Shown in pieces: positions 1 to 8,984 of a stretch of DNA of 64,000 nt. Below the pieces are notes generated by a model that saw only the letters and a program-made list of their open reading frames with translations, searched no databases and was not told the DNA's origin. This stretch comes from an uncultured Gammaproteobacteria bacterium (GTDB lineage Bacteria > Cyanobacteriota > Vampirovibrionia > LMEP-6097), in contig CAYTKM010000001.1 of the NCBI GenBank assembly GCA_964438425.1, positions 590,603 to 654,602 on the forward strand, given 5' to 3'. Numbering within the stretch: position 1 is the stretch's first letter; each line of letters opens with the position of its first letter. The position numbers and the translations under genes are program-made.

Positions 1-1
1 A

Positions 2-700
2 TTGAAGCATATCAGGATTAAAGCTATTGATCTTAATACTAATAAATTTATGGAACAGTCTTTTAAGATTATGATCCTAAGACCTCGCAATACTATTGAG
101 ATTATCGAAGATGAAAATGAAACAAATGATGGTCAGGATGAAGATTCTAAAGTTGATGATGTTTTAGAAGAGCAGTTACCAAATTTTATAGATACTAACT
201 CGAATAGTAAATTAGATTTTGGGGAAGTGGTAACAACCTTAGCTATTATCAATAAATCTAACAGTAAGCATAATCAATCCCAAGCAGAAATTAGACAAAA
301 ACTAGATTTTGATCGTGATGGTGAGTATACAGGTGATGATCTTAATAACATTTTTAAAATAATCAGCCAACATGAAAATTTTGATTATGCTAAGAATTTA
401 TTAGCTTTCATCGGACATAATATTCGAGGTCAAGTAACTTTCAGGCGCGCTTCAAAAGCTTTAAGACGTTTTAAAAAAATTAAATTAAGTTCAGAGCGCC
501 TTTTAGATTTTTCAGCTAAAAGACAGCTAAGAATACAAGAGCAGCTAAATTTAATGGATTTCGATCAAAGTGGTGTGCTAGATGATAGTGATCTTGAGCG
601 CTTAAAAGAAGTTTTAACCTTAGCTTTAGCTAAACCGCTTGATAATTCGGTAGCACGCCAACAAAGAATAAGAAAATTCTTACTGCTAAGTGAAAATTAA
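2..700 (+). CDS. 5'-truncated protein with three EF-hand/dockerin-like Ca-binding loops
   Basis: Open from the window edge; motifs DTNSNSKLDFGE, DFDRDGEYTGDD, DFDQSGVLDDSD fit the DxDxDG-type 12-residue loop. Confidence 0.55.
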   Translation: MKHIRIKAIDLNTNKFMEQSFKIMILRPRNTIEIIEDENETNDGQDEDSKVDDVLEEQLPNFIDTNSNSKLDFGEVVTTLAIINKSNSKHNQSQAEIRQKLDFDRDGEYTGDDLNNIFKIISQHENFDYAKNLLAFIGHNIRGQVTFRRASKALRRFKKIKLSSERLLDFSAKRQLRIQEQLNLMDFDQSGVLDDSDLERLKEVLTLALAKPLDNSVARQQRIRKFLLLSEN

Positions 701-785
701 ATTATTCTTTTAAACTTTTTGAATTAAAGTAAATTTATCAATTTTTCTAATTAAGTTGAGTTCACTAAGATATAATTTAGATTTA

Positions 786-1508
786 ATGGATATTAAATTT
801 AGACGTGTACTTTTAAAACTTAGCGGAGAAGCTTTAGTCGGAGAGGGGAGTTTAGGCATAGATTCTGCTGTCATTGGTAGAATCGCTGAAGAAATTTATC
901 TGGTATCTAGACTTGGTGTTCAGGTTTGTATAGTCGTAGGTGGTGGTAACATTTTCCGTGGTCTACAAAAATCTACAGAGCTGGGTATGGATCGAGCGGC
1001 GGCTGACTATGTTGGTATGATCGCAACAGTTATGAATTGTTTAGTACTTCAAGGAGTACTTGAAAAAAGAGGACTCGCTACACGCGTACAAACTGCTCTT
1101 ACTATGAATTCTATCGCTGAGCCTTATATTCGCCGCAAAGCTATGAGACATCTTGAAAAAGGTCGCATCGTGATCTTCGGTGCTGGTAGTGGTAACCCAT
1201 TTTTTACTACTGATACAGCAGCAGCCTTAAGAGCTTCAGAGATGGATTGTGATCTGTTAATGATGGCGAAAAATGGTATTGATGGTGTTTATACTGCTGA
1301 TCCGATGCTAGATTCTAGCGCTACTAAAATTGACGCGATGACCTACGATGATGTCATTCAAAAGAACCTAAAAGTTATGGATACTTCAGCGATTGCGTTA
1401 TGTAGAGATAATAAAGTACCGATCAGTGTTTTTGACTTCGGGCGTACAGGGGCTATTCGTGACATCGTGTATGGTTTGGATGTAGGTACTTTTATTACTG
1501 AAAATTAA
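786..1508 (+). CDS. pyrH: Uridylate kinase
   Basis: RVLLKLSGEAL, VVGGGNIFRG, GAGSGNPFFTTDTAAALRA, DGVYTADP. ATG at 786 preferred over the TTG at 756 because it matches the usual N-terminus and follows TATAAT at 771-776. Confidence 0.97.
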   Translation: MDIKFRRVLLKLSGEALVGEGSLGIDSAVIGRIAEEIYLVSRLGVQVCIVVGGGNIFRGLQKSTELGMDRAAADYVGMIATVMNCLVLQGVLEKRGLATRVQTALTMNSIAEPYIRRKAMRHLEKGRIVIFGAGSGNPFFTTDTAAALRASEMDCDLLMMAKNGIDGVYTADPMLDSSATKIDAMTYDDVIQKNLKVMDTSAIALCRDNKVPISVFDFGRTGAIRDIVYGLDVGTFITEN

Positions 1509-1605
1509 ATTTAGCTTTTTAGGTCGAATTTATTAGATGTAGGCAATTTAAAGATTTTAGGTATAGGTAAGCTTTACTATCATGCTCACAATGTCCACAT
1601 CTAAC

Positions 1606-1629
1606 TTTAATTAAGTGCACTTAATTAAA
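1606..1629. repeat. Perfect 24-bp palindrome between convergent pyrH and hisH; possible bidirectional terminator or protein site
   Basis: TTTAATTAAGTGCACTTAATTAAA equals its own reverse complement. Confidence 0.7.
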
Positions 1630-1665
1630 ATCAATTTTTAAAAGTGTTTTATAAAAAACTAACTA

Positions 1666-2313
1666 TTAAAGCTCAGCAAAGTTTTTTAATAGTTGTAAAC
1701 CAGCCTTGCCACTTTTTTCTGGATGAAACTGAGCTGCAAAGGTCTGCTTACCATTCCAGACTAAACCTGCAAAATCCTTAGTATAACTAGTCCAGGCTAC
1801 TTGGTCTGAATCTTTTTCTGTATTACTAACACTGGCTGCGTAGCTATGTACGTAGTAAACATCTACGCCAGGCTTTATATTTTTTAGTAATGGGTTGCAT
1901 GTATCTAAACGAAACTGCAACTGATTCCAGCCCATATGTGGAATTTTATATAAACAAGGGTCAGGACTAACAAACTTTGAAACTTGATAGGGAAACAGAT
2001 TTAAACCTTTAGATTCTGCTGGGTTTTCAGCTTCAGTACTAGACTTACATAAGACCTGCATGCCTACACAAATACCAAGTAGAGGCACTTCTTTAGCTTT
2101 TTCGGTGATAGCATCAGCTAAGGCTAGTGCGTGCACCTGTCTAATAGCCTGAGCGAAGCTACCTACACCAGGAAAGATGATTTTGCTAGCTTTTAAGACA
2201 TCTTCAGGAGTTTCTACTAGATGGCTTTTAATACCCAGGTGATCTAGTGAGTTTTGTAGTGAGAAAAGATTACCACCACCTTTGTAATTAATAATGCTAA
2301 TAGAATCAGGCAT
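1666..2313 (-). CDS. hisH: Imidazole glycerol phosphate synthase, glutamine amidotransferase subunit
   Basis: GGGNLFS, IFPGVGSF, LLGICVGMQ (catalytic Cys), IPHMGWNQ, YYVHSY, QFHPEKSG. Confidence 0.96.
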   Translation of the reverse strand: MPDSISIINYKGGGNLFSLQNSLDHLGIKSHLVETPEDVLKASKIIFPGVGSFAQAIRQVHALALADAITEKAKEVPLLGICVGMQVLCKSSTEAENPAESKGLNLFPYQVSKFVSPDPCLYKIPHMGWNQLQFRLDTCNPLLKNIKPGVDVYYVHSYAASVSNTEKDSDQVAWTSYTKDFAGLVWNGKQTFAAQFHPEKSGKAGLQLLKNFAEL

Positions 2314-2372
2314 GTTTAAAATATCTTACCAAGCTTACTAAAGTCACTGCTCTTTAAGTAAGATTTTACCTT

Positions 2373-3017
2373 CTATTTATTAGGTATAAGTGCAAAGTGC
2401 TTAGCATTCAGCCAAGAAACATTACCGTTATGTTTGATTTTATACCAACCAGCTTGATCTTTACTAAGCAGTTTGATTATATTTCCTTCTCTTAAAGTAT
2501 AAAGCTCTTGATAATTTTTACTATTACCAGCATAAGTGCTAGCTTCAACTGTGTTAATCACTGCATAGTGGATTAGCTGATTTTCAATATAAATATATGC
2601 AAAATTTAAAATCGAAATGAAAAATATAAATGAAAATAAAGATTTTAGTAGCAAATTTTTAAATTTCAAGCTTATTAAAAAAATGATATTTGCTACAAAC
2701 AAAATTATACTAGCTTCTAAAGCATTAAAATACTGAAAAGTATATAAGTGACTGGTATTTTCATGATGTTTACCGTGAATAACGGCTAGATTATTTAATA
2801 GCTCTTTATTACGTGGAATAAGCTTTTTAGCCTGATATAAGTTTGCTAGCGCGCTGCCTAGTTGCTGATCTTGATAGTCAGCGCTAGCCTGATTAATTAG
2901 CAGATATGGGTTTATCTGGTCCTGCTTGGAGCTGTACTGCTGATACTTTAAATTAGCCTGCTTAAAGTTTTTATTTTTATAGTAAGTGCCAGCTTCTTTA
3001 ATAAGTTTACTATCCAT
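2373..3017 (-). CDS. BatE-like TPR + transmembrane + SH3b protein
   Basis: N-terminal TPR (ALANLYQAKKLIPRNKELLNNL), two hydrophobic helices, C-terminal SH3b-like (LREGNIIKLL..GWYKI...SWL); overlaps the batD-like stop. Confidence 0.7.
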   Translation of the reverse strand: MDSKLIKEAGTYYKNKNFKQANLKYQQYSSKQDQINPYLLINQASADYQDQQLGSALANLYQAKKLIPRNKELLNNLAVIHGKHHENTSHLYTFQYFNALEASIILFVANIIFLISLKFKNLLLKSLFSFIFFISILNFAYIYIENQLIHYAVINTVEASTYAGNSKNYQELYTLREGNIIKLLSKDQAGWYKIKHNGNVSWLNAKHFALIPNK

Positions 3018-4749
3018 ATTTCACCTTCAAAGCCTTAACTAGTGAAAGTGCTTCTTCTTTTAGATCATTAGAAACTAAGTCAACCTCGGTGTTTTGCACT
3101 CCATAGTTAAATTTATTAGTTTTTTCGATAAATTTTTCATAAAGCTCTAAAGTTTCTGGAGTTAACTTTTCGCGCTTTTTCAGTTTCTGGATTAAAGTCT
3201 TAACTTCAGTTGAAATTTCAGTGGTAGAAACAGAACTTTTAATTTTTTTAGTAGTTTTTTTATAGTCTAAACCTTTAGTGTTACTTTTACCAGCCTGCAA
3301 GAGTTTATTTTTAAATTTACGGTTGAGATAATAGATTAGTGCAGCCAAATTCAATATGAAAATAGCGAAGCACACCTGATGAAAATGAATAGCACTCGCT
3401 TGATAACCTAAAATCTGCGCTTCAGGAATAATTAATAAAGCTCGCTTGCTGGCTTCTTTTTTCTTAGTTTTAGAGCCTAGAAATGAGCTTAGCTGCTCAT
3501 CATAGGCGCGCTTACTATGATCAATATTAATAGTAAATTCCTCTGCCGGTATTGTTTGGTATTGTTTTTTAGTAGGATCAAAGTAGCTTATTTCACGGGT
3601 TTTTAGGTTAAACCTGCTAGCATCAGTTTCAGTAATAATAGCGTTTTGAATTTTTTTATAAAAGACTTGTTTATTATTTTGAAAATCTAGATCTAAAATA
3701 TCTTTATCTGTATAAAGTTCATACTGATCACTTTCTTGAATAATGTCTTTAGCAGCGATGAGATTTGGATTACCGACACCTTCAATTTCACTTGCAAGCG
3801 TAATAGCTTCGCCATACAAAATATCTTTATTATCTAAATAGTTTTCTAGGCTAAGTGAACCTACATAGCCTGAAAAGTTTTCAGGAGTTGGCTGAGGTAA
3901 AGCCTGCACCTGCATATAGACAGGTGAAGTGTTTAAAGTTATGTCTTCATCGACTTTAAAACCGATACCAAAACTAAATAAATCACTGCCAGTCTGCGGG
4001 CTCATTAAAGCAACCACATCAACTTCTGTTGCTGGAATTTCCATTCTACCCGTATGGTGCGGATAGAGAATGTAATCTATTTCATAGACTAAATATTTAC
4101 GACCAGCATAAGTAGTTTCATACTCTTTAGTTTTATCCAGTCTCTCATGCAGAAAATCATCCAGTTTGACTTCAGGTAAGTTAATATTTCTCAAGTTACC
4201 TCGATGAAAGATCTTTAGCTTCATCACAACCTGCTGGTTAACATATGGTCTATAGTTACTAATTTCTACTTTTGCAAACAGGCTTTGGGCTGCTCTTTGA
4301 GCCTGGTTAAGTTTACGGCTGCTTTGGCTGACACTGGGTTTACTAATATTTATGCTTTGCGGGGCTGGTTTCGTGCTAACGCTAACAGCGATCGGCTGAC
4401 TGCGATAAATTAGGTTATTAATTTTAATAGAAGCAGAGGGGATGACTATATTTCCAGTTACTTTAGGCAGTAAAGTATAAGTAATTTTTTTAGTTTGGGT
4501 CATATCGCCATTGATCATCTCGATACTCGTACTAGCAGCTTTAGCGATAGCTTTATAACTAGCAGTCTCTACAGGAAACCTTAGATTTTTAGCCTGCTTA
4601 CTATTAATTTCAAAGTTAATAACGATTTTCTCATTTGCCTGGTAATTTTTTTTGTTGACTGAAGCGACAATTTTGTTTTCAGCCAGGCTAGCTGACATAA
4701 ATTGCCAGCACATCACAAATATTAAAATTATTCTAGGTACTTGGTTCAT
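3010..4749 (-). CDS. batD: BatD family protein (oxygen tolerance / Bat complex)
   Basis: Signal peptide; repeated Ig-like BatD units (YTLLPKVTGNIVIP, YILYPHHTGRMEIP, VQALPQP..FSGYVG, EGVGNPNL); C-terminal TM helix. Confidence 0.8.
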   Translation of the reverse strand: MNQVPRIILIFVMCWQFMSASLAENKIVASVNKKNYQANEKIVINFEINSKQAKNLRFPVETASYKAIAKAASTSIEMINGDMTQTKKITYTLLPKVTGNIVIPSASIKINNLIYRSQPIAVSVSTKPAPQSINISKPSVSQSSRKLNQAQRAAQSLFAKVEISNYRPYVNQQVVMKLKIFHRGNLRNINLPEVKLDDFLHERLDKTKEYETTYAGRKYLVYEIDYILYPHHTGRMEIPATEVDVVALMSPQTGSDLFSFGIGFKVDEDITLNTSPVYMQVQALPQPTPENFSGYVGSLSLENYLDNKDILYGEAITLASEIEGVGNPNLIAAKDIIQESDQYELYTDKDILDLDFQNNKQVFYKKIQNAIITETDASRFNLKTREISYFDPTKKQYQTIPAEEFTINIDHSKRAYDEQLSSFLGSKTKKKEASKRALLIIPEAQILGYQASAIHFHQVCFAIFILNLAALIYYLNRKFKNKLLQAGKSNTKGLDYKKTTKKIKSSVSTTEISTEVKTLIQKLKKREKLTPETLELYEKFIEKTNKFNYGVQNTEVDLVSNDLKEEALSLVKALKVKYG

Positions 4750-5069
4750 TTACTAAGCTAATTTAATTATAAGAGACTTTTTCATTATTATCTGCTGCTA
4801 CCATGATAAACTCCATTTTGATCAGGGTACTGTTTTTCGGTGAGGGTTTAAATATAAATTTTCCTATGGTATAGCTTTATTCGTTACTAGTGGCTTTATA
4901 CATTCCGCCAACTAGATTATACAGGTTATAGCCCTAACTACTAAAAACTAAAAATGAAATTATCAATTAATCATTAAGAATTTAACAAAAAATTAGGTAA
5001 TGTGACCTATTTTAGCTATAATTACATTTCGTGTACTTTATCTTGGTTGATCAAGACTAAGTTTTAAGT

Positions 5070-5146
5070 GGCTGGATAGCTCAGTTGGTTAGAGCGGTGG
5101 ATTCATACCCCACAGGTCGGCAGTTCAAATCTGCCTCCAGCTACCA
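5070..5146 (+). tRNA. tRNA-Met(CAT), elongator type, CCA encoded
   Basis: Acceptor GGCTGGA/TCCAGCT+ACCA, D arm GCTC/GAGC, anticodon loop TTCATAC, T arm GGCAG-TTCAAAT-CTGCC; no C1:A72 mismatch; G1-U72 and TTCATACC loop as in Firmicutes-type elongator tRNA-Met. Confidence 0.93.
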
Positions 5147-5301
5147 TTCTTTTAAGATTTTTAAAATTTAAATTAAGCGTAAATCTTAATAAATTACCTA
5201 AGATTATAGGACTAAAATTTACTAAAACCCTAGCTGGCATATTAAGTAACTTAGATTAGAACTATAGATCCCAAACAAGCTTACTGTTATTTTGATATAA
5301 C

Positions 5302-5811
5302 TTAACTCTTATTATAGAACTCAGATTTACTTTGCAGAGCAGCTAAATTCACCGCATAAGCATTTAAGTACTGTGGAGAGTTAATATCTTCTGTCCACAG
5401 AATTAAGGCAGCTTCATGGTTATCTTCATAATATTTTTTGCGAATACCCTGCCTAAAAAAGCCATACTTTTCATAAAGCTTCTGAGCTTTAATGTTGCTA
5501 ATACGCACTTCTAAAGTTAATGCTTTAATTTTATGTTCGTAGGCCTCGTAAATTAATTCAGCGAGTAAAGTTTCAGCTACACCTTTGCGTTTATATTTAT
5601 TAGAGCAAGCCAGAGTCGTAATATGCACTTCGTCTATAATTGACCAGGCGCCAATATAACCCATCACTGAGCCACTACGTTTATCTTCAAAAACTTTATA
5701 TAAACCGATACGATTATCTATTTCACTTGCAAAATTAGAGCGAGTCCAATGCACTTCACCGTAAGCTTCAGCCTCAATTACCATCACTTGATCAAGATCA
5801 GCTAGCTGCAT
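5302..5811 (-). CDS. rimI: Ribosomal protein S18 alanine N-acetyltransferase (GNAT)
   Basis: EVHITTLAC..YKRKGVAE, LTLEVRISNIKAQKLYEKYGF, GIRKKYYEDNHEAALIL. Confidence 0.9.
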   Translation of the reverse strand: MQLADLDQVMVIEAEAYGEVHWTRSNFASEIDNRIGLYKVFEDKRSGSVMGYIGAWSIIDEVHITTLACSNKYKRKGVAETLLAELIYEAYEHKIKALTLEVRISNIKAQKLYEKYGFFRQGIRKKYYEDNHEAALILWTEDINSPQYLNAYAVNLAALQSKSEFYNKS

Positions 5812-5860
5812 GCTGCGAACTTTATATTCGGGCTTGAGCTTGAATAATTCTTGATAGGCT

Positions 5861-6277
5861 TTATGTCTGGTATCCAGGGTAAATCTCCTTAAGTGGGGTC
5901 ATCACAAATTCACGATTAAGCATGCGTGGATGCGGAATGGTGAGTCGAGCATCATCTAAAGTAAGCTTATCGTATAAAAGTATATCAATATCTATAACGC
6001 GCGCACGTTTTCGACCGCGCGCGTCTCGCTCTAAATCAATTTCACGCTCTATCTGCTGGATAAAATCCAGCAATTTATATGAAGATAGCTCAGTAGTAAT
6101 TTCAACTACCGCATTTAAAAATTCGTGTGGACCTGCTGCTTCGATCGGAGGATTTGCCAGGAAACTTGAAATCTTAGTAACTTGTGTGCTTTTATTATTT
6201 AATAGCTTGATAGCCAAATTAAGATTTGCTTGACGATCACCGAGATTTGAGCCAAGAGCTAGGTAGGCGGTATGCAT
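5861..6277 (-). CDS. folK: 2-amino-4-hydroxy-6-hydroxymethyldihydropteridine diphosphokinase
   Basis: AYLALGSNLGDR, FLNAVV, RVIDIDILLY, LTIPHPRMLNREFVMTPLKEI. Confidence 0.95.
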   Translation of the reverse strand: MHTAYLALGSNLGDRQANLNLAIKLLNNKSTQVTKISSFLANPPIEAAGPHEFLNAVVEITTELSSYKLLDFIQQIEREIDLERDARGRKRARVIDIDILLYDKLTLDDARLTIPHPRMLNREFVMTPLKEIYPGYQT

Positions 6278-6307
6278 TACTAAATAGCATTATAGGACTT
6301 ATTTGCG

Positions 6308-7609
6308 TTGGCTTTACTAATATTTTCAATAATTTTTATAAGTCTGGCATTTGCCAGTTTTACAAGTGTACTGAGATATCGAATAGAGCATGATTTAAGT
6401 ATTTTTAAGCCAGCTAGATCTTTTTGTCCTGAGTGCCAGACCACTTTATATTGGTGGCACAACATACCAGTTATCAGTTATCTAATTTTAAAAGGTCGCT
6501 GCTATTTCAATAACTGTAAAATCTCACTAGGTTATTTAAGTTTAGAGCTAAGTTTTGCTGCTGGTATGTCGGCTTTACTAATTTACTTGCATTATTTAGG
6601 TGAGCTTGGTGCTTTAGCTTTACAAGCTGAATTTTATGTTTTTATTTTACTGTTTTTGGCACTTAGTAGTATTTTAGTAGCGCTTGCGCTAATTGACTAT
6701 AAACATAAGTTGATACCTCATAGTCTGAGTTATAGTGGCATTTTGATCGCTATGCTGCTGGCAGCTACGGTGTACCAGCATAATTTCTGGGATATTATCG
6801 CTAAATTCGGGCTTGGTTTTTATGTTTTAGATATGTGGGGTTATTTATTATATAAATTTTACGCTCGCCAGCATCAAGAGCTCTTTGTGCCGCGCGCACT
6901 AACTTTAAATATTAGTTTTTTAAAAAATAAGCCTGAACTGTGCTTGAATTTCTATTTACTAGTGTTTGTAGTGTTGTTTATGCTGGCTCAATATGAGCTT
7001 TTATTCGTGTATTGCAGGTATTTGGGGCTGGCTTATCTGTTTTTAGAGATTATTTGGGAGCTAGCTTGCGGTGATCTAAGTCTAAATTTAGCTTTAAAAA
7101 GTGAAGCGCGCGCGCGTAACTGTGAATCTGAAGCTGAAATCAGTGATATTAGCAGTGAAAATAAAAGTTTATACGAGGTTGCAGCTAATAATAGTGTAAG
7201 TGATATTAGCCCAGACTGTGATAATAAGTACAATCAGCTAAAAGATAAGTATTTACAGGAAAAAAACTCTTTTAAAGTTAATAATATTAACTTTAGTCAA
7301 ATTGAATTAAAATCTAATACATTAGATACCTCTAAACAATTGAAAACCAGCGATGAGCAGGTGAAAACTGCCTGGGGGGGCGGTGATACTGTCTGTCTAG
7401 TACTGCTACTTATGTTAAGTGAGGTTAATATTTTAATACCGATTTTTGTGGTAGCTTTGAGTTTGCAGCTGGTACTTACTTTACTTACGCGGCTTAACCA
7501 AAACTTACATAAAAAAACAGCAACTTCAGGAATTCCACTGGGTCCAGTATTTGCAGTTAGCGGCATACTTGCTATGATAGTTACATTCTTAAGTGACCGA
7601 TTATTTTAA
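6308..7609 (+). CDS. pilD: Prepilin peptidase (A24 family) with a long hydrophilic insertion
   Basis: RSFCPECQTTLYWWHNIPVISYLILKGRC (N-terminal Zn domain), IDYKHKLIP (Asp1), WGGGD (Asp2), IPLGPVFA. Confidence 0.85.
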   Translation: MALLIFSIIFISLAFASFTSVLRYRIEHDLSIFKPARSFCPECQTTLYWWHNIPVISYLILKGRCYFNNCKISLGYLSLELSFAAGMSALLIYLHYLGELGALALQAEFYVFILLFLALSSILVALALIDYKHKLIPHSLSYSGILIAMLLAATVYQHNFWDIIAKFGLGFYVLDMWGYLLYKFYARQHQELFVPRALTLNISFLKNKPELCLNFYLLVFVVLFMLAQYELLFVYCRYLGLAYLFLEIIWELACGDLSLNLALKSEARARNCESEAEISDISSENKSLYEVAANNSVSDISPDCDNKYNQLKDKYLQEKNSFKVNNINFSQIELKSNTLDTSKQLKTSDEQVKTAWGGGDTVCLVLLLMLSEVNILIPIFVVALSLQLVLTLLTRLNQNLHKKTATSGIPLGPVFAVSGILAMIVTFLSDRLF

Positions 7610-8933
7610 ACCAGAGTTAATAGTAGATCTAAGTGAAGAGTTTATCAGGCTTGTTGATGCTGGTAATAGCTATACTTTGCAGATTTTAAGTAAAGAGTTT
7701 TTTGATGCTAAAAACTTTATGGATAGTTTGTGCGACGCTGCCGAGTCGCTTAATTTAAAGCCTAAAGCTGCTAATTTAAAGCTAATTTTACCGAATAAAT
7801 ATCTGTTTTACCAGACTGTAACTTTGCCGGAAGATGCTGCTGATAAAGAGAGAATGACTTTACTAAATATCGAGCTCGATAAAGAATATATAAAAGATTC
7901 ACGCTTCGATTTAATTAGATTGGATTCAAGTGAGCGCAGCGAAGCTAATGAAAAGGTTTGTGATTATTTGGTCTGCGCGGCTAAAACCTCTATCGTAGAG
8001 CTAGTAAAAACCTATAACAAAAACGGTGAGCCTGAGATTATTAGTGCTATGCCAGCTTTCTATGCGTTATATCCACAACTAAAGCGCGCTAAGACCATGA
8101 CTGTGTACTTAGCTAAAGATTCGACCGAAGTTACTCTATGGCAACAAGGCGATCCGATTTCACTTTCTACCCTGCAAGCAAGTGGCGATTCAGCCAGCGA
8201 TATTAATCGTTATTTAGAGAAGTACAATGAGCAATTTGAAGAGTCTGTGTATATCGATAAAGTTGAATTATATGGTCCAGAGATCGATAACTTTTCTTCG
8301 ATGTCATTCAGGCATCCCTTTGCTAAGCACGAAGATTATGATGAGCAGGTTGTAGCTAATTTAGGCAGGATTAAAGAGCATAACGTTCTTAAAGTACATA
8401 AGCTACCACGCGCGCCCATTGTGATGAACACCGCTAACATGATCACTATCGGTGCTTTAAGTTTAACTGCTCTGCTGGTGCTGACGACTATTACTTTGCA
8501 GCTATTTGGCTTAGGTCTGAATAGTAAATATATGAACCTGAAAACCCAGGCAGATAGCTATAATAGTTTGCTAGCACGTCATAAAAGATTAGGACGCGAG
8601 CTGGCTGACCTTGAAAAAGAACACAGCTTTTATCTGGAAATTACTCGAAAAAGAGCGCCATGGAACTTGATTTTAACTGATTTAGCTAAGATGACACCTC
8701 AACAACTATGGTTTGAGCGAATTTCTGCTGCTAAAGATAGTATGACGATTCAGGGCAAAGCCTTAAGTGTAAATGATGTTTCTGCGCTTTCTGTAAACCT
8801 GAACTACAACTCTAAGTATTTCCGTGATGCTAATATCGTAGGCACCCGAGATTACGAAGACCGCCTTAAATATAAGGAGTTTCAAGTAAATACTAAGCTG
8901 AAATCTCCAGTTGATAAATATCAACAAAAGTAA
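7593..8933 (+). CDS. PilM-like + PilN fusion (GspL-type architecture), type IV pilus/T2SS alignment subunit
   Basis: About 270-aa cytoplasmic domain, one TM helix, coiled coil, then PilN signature (PWNLILTDLAKMTPQQLWFERIS...TIQGKA...NSKYFRDA); overlaps the pilD stop. Confidence 0.65.
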   Translation: MTDYFKPELIVDLSEEFIRLVDAGNSYTLQILSKEFFDAKNFMDSLCDAAESLNLKPKAANLKLILPNKYLFYQTVTLPEDAADKERMTLLNIELDKEYIKDSRFDLIRLDSSERSEANEKVCDYLVCAAKTSIVELVKTYNKNGEPEIISAMPAFYALYPQLKRAKTMTVYLAKDSTEVTLWQQGDPISLSTLQASGDSASDINRYLEKYNEQFEESVYIDKVELYGPEIDNFSSMSFRHPFAKHEDYDEQVVANLGRIKEHNVLKVHKLPRAPIVMNTANMITIGALSLTALLVLTTITLQLFGLGLNSKYMNLKTQADSYNSLLARHKRLGRELADLEKEHSFYLEITRKRAPWNLILTDLAKMTPQQLWFERISAAKDSMTIQGKALSVNDVSALSVNLNYNSKYFRDANIVGTRDYEDRLKYKEFQVNTKLKSPVDKYQQK

Positions 8934-8984
8934 AAAACTGTTATAATGATTACAGTACAAATTATTTAAAAATAGGTATTAATT

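Noticed and set aside
5070-5146. Initiator tRNA-fMet or tRNA-Ile2 identity; tRNA as integration site
   Set aside because: No C1:A72 mismatch or triple G-C anticodon stem; the loop fits elongator Met, although Ile2 cannot be fully excluded. No integrase or 3'-end duplication seen
5922-6233. Antisense/overlapping ORFs (also 6280, 7033, 7297, 8763, 13508, 13943, 15451, 16151, 17187, 17850, 20079, 20857, 21232, 22560, 23410, 28983, 30544, 30809, 31026, 31250, 32461, 32522, 33457, 34499, 34847, 35946, 39134, 39327, 40227, 42242, 42446, 43426, 43478, 44203, 47130, 49041, 61926)
   Set aside because: All lie inside longer, better-supported genes and read like shadow frames (S/L/I/F-rich, no motifs)
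7374-7380. G7 tract in pilD as a phase-variation switch
   Set aside because: Short, and explained by Trp-Gly-Gly codons of the catalytic WGGGD motif; the frame is intact
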